NCBI RefSeq assembly: GCF_963676685.1
Contig: NC_092352.1
Span: forward strand, 25,172,001-25,236,000
Direction: 5' to 3'
Length of the DNA: 64,000 nt
DNA from: Mytilus edulis
Taxonomy: Eukaryota
Both the position numbers and the translations under genes were made by a program. Of this stretch, positions 1 to 10,289 are shown one piece after another; the stretch's first letter is position 1; every line of letters begins with the position of its first letter. The notes under the pieces are model-generated. The model saw nothing but the letters and a program-made list of their open reading frames with translations. It did not search any database and was not told the DNA's origin.

Positions 1-91
1 TCATTCTCCTCAGCATTTCTTTTTGTTATTACTGGATTGCTTGTCCTACCATTTTGGCAAAGGTTTCAGAGTCATAATGACTTGAAGACAG
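1..91 (+). CDS. Putative signal-peptide exon (5'-truncated by window edge) of the membrane-protein gene ending at 6517
   Basis: Frame 1 is open: SFSSAFLFVITGLLVLPFWQRFQSHNDLKT, with a hydrophobic core. It ends at phase-1 donor ACAG|GTACGA (GT 92-93), compatible with the phase-1 exons at 5376 and 6249. Confidence 0.45.
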
Positions 92-589
92 GTACGACTG
101 GGATTTCATGTTCCAGATGCCCCCCCCCCCCCCCTCAAACAACAACAACAACATGCCTTCACCAATGAATGTCCAGGGTCTGTCTGTCCTGATTGCCGCA
201 GACAAATACTTATTTCCCTATAATTTGCTTGATTGAATACTAGAACACATTTAATTTATCATTATTGATATGTATTAACAATTTAAATAATTCTATTCAA
301 TCAAGCTATTCAGCATAATAATAAATTAGCTTGTTAATCCTTTTCGTGTTTTCGTACATCATTGGTTTACTCACTCTAAACTGACTGGTTTATTAAAACA
401 AAACTTTGTTTTTATTTTTAATCCATAAACGACAAATATTACAACAATCAGTGAAAATTATATGGGTGTCATTGAAATGCTTCAAAACAACTTTTAAAAA
501 TTTCCATGCCTTTTCATGAACTTATACCATATATCATGCATGCATAACTGTCGCTTAATGCACTTAATATTAAGATTTTTCAATAAAAG

Positions 590-1170
590 TAAGGAAAACG
601 AAACAAGGGCGAACAACTCGGGAGGGGGGGGGGTATGTAAAATGGCGAACGGACCCGATAGTTCACCAATGACCAACCGGAAGAAAGAGTTGCGTTAGAA
701 AAGGATTTCACTTATTAAAACTATCGTGAAAAGGGAAGGATATTGAAGTCACCACATAAGGAACATATCAAATATCATCTGTGAAACGGTTATTCCATAA
801 CGGTCAATCAACGCGTGATGGTGTCCGTAAAATTTATGAAGGGTTGATTTCAACTTCACCATTTGAAACTCTTGGTTTAATAGCTTCCTTGTGAGCAGAA
901 ATCATTATAGGAAATACAAGCCCGGGAATATCGTATCAATTGGGAGTTATATACTCCGTATGCAGGGGCTGCTGGAACGTTGCTACATAGAAATGGAAAG
1001 TTCACAATTGGAAGCTGCAATCATTTCTTTTGTCGTAAAGTTTTGTTTTCAACCGACCCTCATTGTCAATTTATAAATGTAATTCAAGATATGAGGCAGA
1101 CTTAACTGTATCGTAGTATCCGTTATCTCTAGTTCGATGGGATCGATTCGTTCAACGTAGTCACCAAATT
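590..1170 (-). mobile_element. Penelope-like retroelement RT C-terminal remnant plus 3' tail
   Basis: Minus strand gives degenerate DT-VKSASYLELHL*IDNEGRLKTKLYDKR, nearly identical to the fragment at 21130-21430. It contains stops and frameshifts. Confidence 0.8.
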
Positions 1171-1179
1171 GTGTAAGAA

Positions 1180-2700
1180 AAACGCATTTCAACAAATGGG
1201 TGGTTTCGTATTACTACGATTGTCTTGTAAAAGAATTAGGAATAAATGAGCACTCGGGTAATCCCCATATACAAAGACATATCATATGACAAAAATCTAA
1301 TTTTGGCAAATCATAAGTCCTTCATGGCTTCAATGAACATTACCTTGATTGTATTACATACCTAAGCTTCACAATATTCCGTACAAACAACGGTACATTG
1401 TTGGCTCATCTGCATGTTCCACTTAAGAATTGTCCATTAGATTGACTAAAATTCTGTCCGCAGTGAGAGGGTCTTCAGAAATACTGTGAAACTTCACACG
1501 CGTAGTGGCATTAAACATCTGTAGATTCTTAAAAATTCTAAAGAACTTCTAGATAATTTCAAATCTCGGTCTCTTTCTGAAATTAGTTCTATAGAAACTT
1601 TTGATTTTTCAACCCTGTATACCACCAATCCCCGTGTGAAATTGAAAAATCGCCTGAAAGAAATATTCCACAATGCCTTTCAACATAAAATTGGTAGCAT
1701 ACGCTATAAATTTATTACTTTGGCATATTTTGTTACTAGTAAACAAAAGGGTAAAACATGCTACACAGAGGAACAAGTGATCAGCATGCTGGAGTTTCTT
1801 AACGACAACATATTTGTTGAATTTGGAGGTAGACTTTTTCAACAAATTGTCGGCATTCCTATTGGAACAAATTGAGCGCCTCTCCTTGCCAACCTCTTCT
1901 TATTTTCATATTAATCACTCCGATTAATATGAACACTTCGGACACTTGTCAAAAACAAAAAGATCAAAGAAGCCAGATTATTTATTTACACTTTCCGATA
2001 TATTGATGTTCTTTCCATTTACAATCCGAACTTTTATGATTGGGTTCCATTAATATATCTCTCTCCGCCTAATTTTTAGACTTGTACTTGAATTTGAAAT
2101 ACACAGTCATCTCAGTATCAGAATCTATGATAAACGAGACGATTTTAAATTCTGAAATTATAAATTTCCCCTACTTTAGTGGCAATATACCAACTTCACC
2201 TGCATATGGAATATACAGTTCCCAACTTATTCGATATTCAAGAGCTTGCAGCTCCTACTCAGACTTTGTAAAACGTCACCAGTGTCTGTCAGAAAGTTGA
2301 AAAACCAGGTGTATGTCAAAGAACGTCTCAACCTTTTTCAAAAAAGGTTCATCAGAAGGTACCAAAACATTATTGATACATATTCCGTATCAACTTCACA
2401 AATAATTCATGATGGTCTTATGATGTATGATGTATAGATTCTGCGTACTGACGTTGTTTATCATCTAAAGTACGTGTTATATTGTTCTTTTATTTGTTTT
2501 TTATCAATTTTAATATTACCTTTACTGTTTCGTCTGGGGTTTTTTTATATCCATTTGACGTGGCCCAGTACTTATACATCCCGTCAATGTGTTTGTATTA
2601 TCTTTCATTTTTGCTTGTGTGTTTTGTATATGCGATTTTTTTGTGTTTCTTTGGTTCTTATAACGTGACTTTGTACTTTTAAAGATCCCGTCATTATGTT
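1180..2700 (+). mobile_element. Degenerate Penelope-like retroelement reverse transcriptase
   Basis: Motifs YYIPKLHNIPYKQRYIVGSS (about 1350), FDFSTLYT, QIVGIPIGTN*APLLANLFL, FRYID-VLSI and NFPYFSGNIPTSPAYGIYSSQLIRYSRAC, broken by stops and frameshifts. No GIY-YIG domain is seen after the RT. Confidence 0.85.
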
Positions 2701-3095
2701 ATTGTTCTGTTATGTGACTTTATGTTATTGTTCTACTATCAATTTGATAATTCTTTGAACGACAAACGACAAAAATATTTACTGCGTAGTGGTATTAACC
2801 ATATATGGGTTCTTAAATATTCTAAAGAACTTCTGTATAATTTTCTCGGTCTGTTTCTGAAATTAATTCAAACATAACTTTTGAATTTTTAACCCTGCAT
2901 ACCACCAATCCCCATGTAAAATTAAAATTGTTTTGAATATACATTGAACGACAACATTTTTTCCTTTATGACGTTTACATTTTCATACGCCAAACACTCG
3001 AAACAATGAATGTAGTTTTTTTAATTTGATAGATCCTTTTGCGCTTGTTTGTAAATGGTTGTTTGTTTTGAAATGGTGACACAGTGATGACTTAT

Positions 3096-3442
3096 AGACC
3101 CCGTTTACACTGACAAAAAAGATCGATCTCTGGTCCAGTGTAAACGGGTAAGATGAATCTGCAATCGGACTTAAAAAGACTACCTCTAGAGGTGGTTTTA
3201 AAAAGATCGATTTTTTTTTTGGTGTAAACGCTTAGTTCGATCGCGATCTTTTTTTTTTTTTGATGAATTTTATATTTAGATACAAAAAGATTAAGGTCAG
3301 ACTGGTTTTTTTTTATGTTTAAGTGTAAACTCACTAGATTAAACAAGATCGATCGCGATCGATGTTGTGTGAGCAATGTAAACGCAAAGTGGTCTTTTTA
3401 AGATCGATTTAATTCAATTATTTGGTGGTGTAAACGGGGTTT
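3096..3442. mobile_element. Palindromic MITE, probably PIF/Harbinger-related
   Basis: Terminal inverted repeats AGACCCCGTTTACAC / GTGTAAACGGGGTTT, with internal repeated GTGTAAAC and GATCGAT motifs. Confidence 0.7.
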
Positions 3443-3449
3443 TTAGACT

Positions 3450-3735
3450 GTAACCATATTTTGACTATGTTACCGATTGTGTCTGTTTTGTTCACACATT
3501 GTTGTTAATATAACGGAATTTGATGCGACTGTCATACAAGTGAGAGGTTTAGCGCTATAAAACCAGGTTCAATCCACCATTTTCTACAGTAGGAAATGCG
3601 TGTACCAAGTCGGGAATATGCAAGTTGTTGTCCATTCGGTTGATGTGTTTTATCATTTGAGTTTGCTATTTGATTAGGGACTTTCCGTTTTGAATTTTCT
3701 TCGCAGTTAAGTAATTTTGTGATTTTACTTTTTCC
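3450..3735. repeat. Abundant dispersed repeat (family C); other copies at about 12585-12880, 27620-27990, 36590-36710, 49460-49560 and 57690-57860
   Basis: Shared AAAATCACAAAAATACTGAACTC...GAGGAAAA...GACTTGGTACAGGCATTT...AACCTGGTTTT blocks in both orientations. Confidence 0.8.
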
Positions 3736-3829
3736 TTGAAATCATAACAAAAATGGCAGATGTATATCTTTTACTACAGGACTTGATATCACAAACCGAT
3801 GATGAAAGCTTTGATAGGCTTTATCAGAT

Positions 3830-4450
3830 TCACAAAAGTTTCTCAAAAAGAAAGTTAGTTTTCTCTGTTATATCATGCTTGGCATCGAAACATAGCCAGG
3901 GTGGAAAATTATGTTGATTTGTATTCCCCAATACACACTTGATGACTTTAGGAATCGTTTTAGATTTTTTTGCCTTATGTTGTTCCTTGATTTCTGTTCT
4001 TCTGGTCTCCAAATACATTAGAACTTTTTTTTTTTACCTTCTTTCCCTAGTTCATTGTTTAATCTGCTGAATCACTTGCCTTCTTCTTAATTACTTGGTT
4101 TCTTATACCTCCTTCTGACGAAAAACTTCTTTCATTTGAAGACCATACATCACTATTTGTATCCTCGCAAGTTGGAGATTCAGCTGATGGCAGTGCTCAT
4201 TGTGAAGACAGGGTTAACGTTTGCTTTGTACCCATAAACTTCTTCGATTTCACTAAAATAGGTGCACTTTTTCACATCAGTTCCACTCTTTTGGTTGTGA
4301 TGTGTCACGAAATATTTTTGTAAAGTTTTTTCACTTCTGTTCACATTGCTAGAAAGTAAAAGTACTTCCATCTTTATAGATTTCCTCTGCGATATCCTGC
4401 CCGATGATTTTTTTCTTGGTTCAAGGTTTGTTAAATCTAAAGTCATTCTT
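3830..4450 (-). pseudogene. Myb/SANT-like DNA-binding ORF remnant of a PIF/Harbinger transposon
   Basis: HNQKSGTDVKKCTYFSEIEEVYGYKANVNP resembles the C-terminal motif of Myb/SANT-like (trihelix) domains. It is followed by a charged region ending HD...NFLFEKLL. Frameshifted. Confidence 0.55.
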
Positions 4451-5375
4451 AACTTTTATATTGATCAATTTTTACTCCCTGAGGTTACAAAGTCTTTGTT
4501 GATTTTCTAATTCAAATAACCCCGGCAAATAAAATATCCAACCATATCAAAATTTAAACTTGATAAGTGTAACTTGTCATGGTTTAACTATTTATCAAAT
4601 ATAATAGAAGAAAAAAAATTGTGACAAGAATAATTTACTGGACTGACAGATTGACAAGGAGTGAGAACATAAAGTCTCCTTGAGTTTTTTTTTTGGTTAA
4701 TGATTATCATAACTTTCTGTATTTCAGGATGTATTGGAGATTTTTCACGTTAAATTTTTTTGGCCTTTTATAGAATGCTGTTCTGCCACGGTGTGAGCCA
4801 AGTGTCCGCTTTAAAACTTTACTTTGACCTATAATGATTAACATTGTTAACTTTTACAAATAATTACTTGGATGGAGAGTTGGCCACCCATATCCACATC
4901 TTAAATCAATTGATGTTGAATAGTTAAAAAAACATAGTGATAGAGTGTAACAATTTGCTTTACAAAAAAAATGTAAGCCTTTCAACATTTACTCAATCAT
5001 TATTATTGAAGTAGACAAGAGTCTTGGAATTTCAATTTTTAAATATATAAACACATATAATTGATAATAGAAATGAGGTATGTGTCAATAGTTATCAAAG
5101 GTACCAGGATTATAAGCAGCAACAATCCACAAAAGGCCACAGCACAAATTGGTATTCAATAATGTGAGAGAAACTCCCGCACCGAGAGACGTGTTTTAAA
5201 TGGTCCTATAAAGATATATACTAGTGAACATGTATAAGTTATTAAACAAAACCTGCAGCACTTGGTTCACCAAAAACCAATGATTCAATTGTCTCTTCTA
5301 TCAGAAAATTGTTTTCTGATGTTTTGGCATGTTTTTTCTATAAAATGCCCGATTTCATTTTCCCTTCCTTTTAAG

Positions 5376-5552
5376 CTTTAGAGGTCAATACAGTGCAATG
5401 TCTTGTGCTGATTAAATCATTAGGGAGTGAATATAGTGAAAAAATTTTGGAATCATTTGCCACCAAAGTCTCAACATGCTCAAGTGCCGGTGTATCTGTA
5501 CAATCAGGATTGGCATATGCATGCTCTTGTATTATACCTTTTTGTAATTCAG
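5376..5552 (+). CDS. Internal Cys-containing exon of the plus-strand membrane-protein gene
   Basis: Polypyrimidine acceptor TCCCTTCCTTTTAAG| (alternative TAG at 5381). Open frame LEVNTVQCLVLIK...STCSSAG...YACSCIIPFCNS. Donor TCAG|GTTTAT, phase 1-1. Confidence 0.6.
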
Positions 5553-6248
5553 GTTTATTTCTTATTTTGATTTTCTTGCATTTTTTAGCTTTGCATATCT
5601 GTTAACCTGATGTGTATTTGAAAAATTTTCATTTTTGATTCTTTAATCATGTATATATGGCCCCATTTTCAGAGCGAAATGAAAAGGAGTTTATATAAAG
5701 CCATTTCCATCATCAGACGATGATTTATTTTTTTTGGATTGTCGCTAAAGTCTTTTTGCGAAGACATTTTTTTCGCCCATTGTTGCATTCAATTACCTTA
5801 AATATATATGGGTTTGCTGGACGTGTGCTGTTGGCGGACAAGAAAGTAGCTAAAAAGTATATACTAAAGAGGATCACAATTTAAATAAGTAGATTTTCTT
5901 GCGGGTATTTGTAAAAATCTTTGCTGGTTGTCTTCATATATCGTATGAAATTCATGGTTTAAATGAGATATAATATTTTTACTAGTATAAAATTTAAATA
6001 ATTAGACGGCTGCTATTATATACAAATATAATTAAGAATAAACAAAACAAATATGTAACATTTACTTAAATCATTTAATTATTTAAATGTTAGACAATAT
6101 GCCTCCCCATTAAATTAGCATAAAAAATATTATTTTTAGAATAAATTAGTCATAGCAAAAGTAAATTTATCAGCATTTACAATGAATGTTTGCTCTTCAT
6201 CCACGTGATTCATATTTATCACATGAAATGTTGTTTTCCATATTACAG

Positions 6249-6517
6249 AAAACAAGACTGTTGACAACTGTCATTGTAATTGCATTGAGCCTTTTGATAT
6301 CAATAAAGTTATAGAAGGAATCAAAATTGACAAGAAGAACACGTCTAGATATCGACGACGTTTTAGCAGTGCTCCAGATCCAAGGTTGTCTTCAAAAGTC
6401 ATGAGATTGACAGCAGCAGTTGTGATGGTCACAGTTGTCGGATCTCTGGTGGCATTGGATTTTCACAATCTCACTTCTGCTGTTCAGAACTTCCTGTCAA
6501 ATATCAGACACAACTGA
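6249..6517 (+). CDS. Terminal exon of a mollusc-type single-pass membrane protein (CxCxC - basic SAxDxRxS segment - TM helix)
   Basis: Acceptor TTTTCCATATTACAG|. Translation (E)NKTVDNCHCNCIEPFDINKVIEGIKIDKKNTSRYRRRFSSAPDPRLSSKVMRLTAAVVMVTVVGSLVALDFHNLTSAVQNFLSNIRHN*. Missed by the ORF track. Confidence 0.85.
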
Positions 6518-7119
6518 TCATGTAAGATCACCATACGACTGATTGTTTCCTAGTGCATGCAGTTATAGACCTGCTGCTAAAATCAATTAAAAGGAACACA
6601 ATTGACATAAATATAAACATTTAGCAGGTATTACATTTTGTTCATGTATATTGTTTTTGGACATATCAAAAATAGTTACTGTGATATTTGCACTGAGTCC
6701 CAAAATCTCTTGATTTTCTTTTAAAATTAAACCTCTCATTGATATTTTTCTCCAAAAAAAACATAAACATGCCCTCAACATTTTCTTTCTCGATACATAA
6801 TAAACATAATTGTAATCCCAAATTGTAACTATAGGAACAAAGAATGTAAACACACATATGATACAGCCTCAAAGCTGCAACCCATTATTTCAAAAAGGGA
6901 TTATGTGCCGTTTTTATAACATACGAAAAAGACAAACAAATGTTCAATTTTATTTGCTTTCAAACCACTGAGTATATCCAGGTACAGTGTGAACTCTTTG
7001 TAAATTGTTGCACACCCAAATTTGGTGGGGTTCGTGTTAGTCAGTCTTTAGTTGTCTATGTCACTTGTGGAGAGTTGGCTCATTGACAATCATACCATAT
7101 CTGCTTTTAATATGTGATA

Positions 7120-7680
7120 TATTGAAAGGTGGTACTATTTTATTGACATAATGTATAGCAGAATGTGGTTCTTCTTTATAGGCATGGTGTATAGCAAAGA
7201 GAAGGTTAATATCATGAGATATATCAGATGGAGTTATATCTGTATGTAATTTACTCAAGGGCGCTGCTAGTAGATTGAAATGCTGTATAGCACATGGTTG
7301 GTTAATATCATGAGATATATCAGATAGAGTAGTGTCGGCATTTGCTATATTAAGGGGCGGTACTAGTATATTGGCATGCGGTATAGCAGAAGGTGGTACT
7401 TGATTATAGTCATGTGGTTAAAGAAGTATATGAAAGGGAGTCATATCAGTATGTGCTATGTAAGAGGGCAGTACTATAGTATATTGACATAATCTTTAGC
7501 AGAAGGTTTTATTTGGTATATCAGAAGATGATGTGATAGCAGCATGTAATTTATCAAAATGCTGTCCTAGTATATTGAGATGCAGTATAGCAGGAGGTGG
7601 TATATCAGTGGATGATATCAGCATATCGAAATAAATACATGAAAAGTTGAAACCGCTAGCTAGATTTGGTGTATAAAATG
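7120..7680. repeat. Degenerate tandem repeat
   Basis: Recurrent GTATAGCAGAAGGTGGTA, GGTTAATATCATGAGATATATCAGAT and TAGTATATTG blocks. Confidence 0.6.
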
Positions 7681-8160
7681 AAGAAAATCGGCATGTGAAA
7701 GGTCTTTTCAGTAAAAACATTACCACCTATCCTGTTTATGTTTAATTTTAAATAAGTCTATGTTATTGGCGGATTTTTTTTTATCTCAAAAGATCGAAAT
7801 GTAAAGAGGGAAATATTTTTGTCATCCAGTTCTCACAGAATGCATATTGACATATATCCTTTCATTGTATGCTTATACTAGCACTTCTTCAAGAGACAAT
7901 TCTTTTCTATATCATGATGAAATAAATTTAAAACTATATTTTTATGTAAAAAGAGAATCTACATTCAATTTCAGTTTAAAAAATTTATCTGCTAAAAATT
8001 TGAATACATATAATAAACATTAAAAAGCAAATGACAGCGATATGAGATGAACATTGTAAATCAAGATGTCATTTAAATCATGTCGTTTCATGAAAATAAA
8101 GCTATTCGATTAGGAGAAAAACATGGATAGTTCCATGCATTATTAAATGGATGTTTGATG

Positions 8161-8276
8161 TTAATCTTGTAAAACATAGAAACACGTCATTGGAATAGGA
8201 TTAATGTCATTGTCATTATTTCCCTCGGTTTGTTTCTTCATACTCTCTGTCTGTTCACCGTACTCTTGTCCTGGTT
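8161..8276 (-). other. Candidate last exon (probably 3' UTR) of HEPN-like copy 1
   Basis: Strong acceptor TATTTATCTTGCAG| at 8277, downstream of the TM exon donor at 9295. The 3' end is uncertain. Confidence 0.4.
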
Positions 8277-8560
8277 CTGCAAGATAAATAACCACATTAT
8301 GTTAAAATTCTTCGTTTAAGTATAACCAATTACATGCTTAATTTGTGTTCTTTTCTGTTTATAATTTTTTTTTAAATTATGTCATTTGTCGGGGAGAAAC
8401 TTTACATTTATAACTAAAGGGCAACATTTCAGATGCAATAATTATCGATATGCATAATAGTAGAACAACATTGTGACATGCTAGTACTTGATTTTTATCA
8501 CACGCCAACAAAGGGGAAATACTTTCAATTTTTGACAAAAATACAATTTATTAAAGTTAA

Positions 8561-9264
8561 GGTAGCACAATACAAAGATTTTTCATCCCAAATCAGACAT
8601 CTTTAAACTGATGCAATTCCATTTATCTTTCTTTAAATTTTATAAATGAGGTGCCAAAAGAAAGAAGAAAGATTAATCTTTTAAATTGTGATAATTTCAT
8701 TAAGAAATAATTATTACATAATTAATTGTTATGTAATTAGTTGCCATATTGTGATGTCCATACTTGAATGAATTTAGCTTCTTTGTTATTCATAGCATCC
8801 CAAAATATTTTATAGAATCTCTTACAACACAGTTTGACCTCCAAAAATTTGGCTCAGATTTTTCCTATTGTATTTCATTCTCTCATAAATCTTCAATGAA
8901 GTTTGCAACATCAATTCATAAGACACCACTAAATTCATTTGGGTATAAAATTTGTTCTATTGATGTTTTTGGAAATCTGAGACACGGTTTTGGAGGTCAA
9001 GCTGTGTTGTACAAGAATCTATAAAATATTTTGGGATGCTATGAACAACAAAGATACTAAATTCATTTCAGTGTGGTCACCACAATATAGCAACTTATTA
9101 CATAATAATTAATTATGTCATTATGTAATTATCACAATTTGAAAGATTAATTTTTCTTCTTTCTTTTGGTACCTCATTTATAAAATATAAAGAAGGATGA
9201 AATGAATTACATCAGTTTAAAGTTGTCTGATTGGGGATTGAAAAAATCATTGTATTGTGCTACC
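8561..9264. mobile_element. About 700-bp palindromic MITE with TTAA target-site duplication (Kolobok-like termini)
   Basis: TTAA|GGTAGCACAATACAA...TTGTATTGTGCTACC|TTAA. The arms are complementary over about 300 bp. Confidence 0.85.
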
Positions 9265-9295
9265 TTAATACAGATAAATCTACAAGTAAGTGTAC

Positions 9296-9361
9296 CTTTT
9301 AGAAAGTATAAACTGCAATGGTAATCACTAAGGCAATAACAGCAACTAGTAAAACTAATAT
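9296..9361 (-). CDS. Transmembrane-anchor exon of HEPN-like copy 1
   Basis: Acceptor ...GAACTACAG|; phase 0 gives ILVLLVAVIALVITIAVYTF* (TAA 9301-9299). Flanking intron sequence (AAGGAAGTGTAA) resembles that next to the TM exons of copies 3 and 4. Donor GTACAC is weak. Confidence 0.65.
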
Positions 9362-9799
9362 CTGTAGTTCAACATCAAGGAAGTGTAATAAACTAGTTTT
9401 AATTTGTCAACTTGTGAACGTTCTAATGACTTCTGACAATCAATGTATTTTGTGTTGTTTTTACTGTTTTTCGCGCCTGTTCTTCATCGTTTGATTCTGT
9501 ATTGTTTCTGACATTTTATATTTTCGTTTAGTCTACGCACTTGTATTTTACTTAGCGACGTTTAAAAGGCGAATAAAGTTATCAGTCAACAATTTTAGAT
9601 TATCCTTTCAGATACAAATGAAACGTTAGATTATCTTTACAATTTGATACTTTTTCATAAATATTTAGTAATTTTGTGTACTTAAAAAAAGGACAATCCA
9701 TCCATTTTGCAAAAAAGGAGACTTCATATCATCATAAGTATGGCAACTTATTTATAATTTTTCTTATTTCTATATTTGTAGGTGTAAATATGTTTAACT

Positions 9800-10097
9800 T
9801 GCTTGATTTATTTATAGATCTGATTAGTTTTTAACGCCACTTTCAAAACTATTCTGCTATTTCGTGGCGGTCAGTTCTTCTTGGTGGAGGGTCCTCGGTG
9901 GCCAAGTGGTCTAAGTAGTTCTACTACTGTTATCACTAGCCAGTCAACACTTGAGTTGTGAGTTCGAACCGATAGGAAAACTTAATATTCTAGTCAATTG
10001 TCGAGTGCACACATGGTACGAATTCGCAACCTCAGTGTTGACTGGATAGTGATTACAGAAGTTTAACAACGTATAAGTCTCGGCCACTGAGGTCCTT
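9800..10097 (-). mobile_element. tRNA-derived SINE with an inverted second copy of its tRNA-like head (9890-9970, plus strand)
   Basis: Plus-strand head has A box TGGCCAAGTGG and B box GAGTTCGAACC. A reverse-complement head lies at 10015-10097. A SINE-type body/tail (TTTAACGCCACTTTCAA...GTGGCGGTCAG...TTGGTGGAGG) lies at about 9820-9890. Confidence 0.65.
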
Positions 10098-10289
10098 GTC
10101 TAACCTGAACGATAATAACTATCTATAAAATTGATGAAATGTCCAGAAAACTATTGTGAAAGGATACAACAATAAGATTGATGGTGATCAACGTCAGTTC
10201 TGTACATCTTCTCTAAAAAATAAAAATAAAACATATAAGAGATGTTGGAAAAAATGGTACAAATTACTGCGATGATAATATACTAGTAT

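Noticed and set aside
9890-9970. tRNA gene
   Set aside because: A and B boxes are present, but I could not fold a complete cloverleaf. It is embedded in SINE sequence with an inverted second copy.
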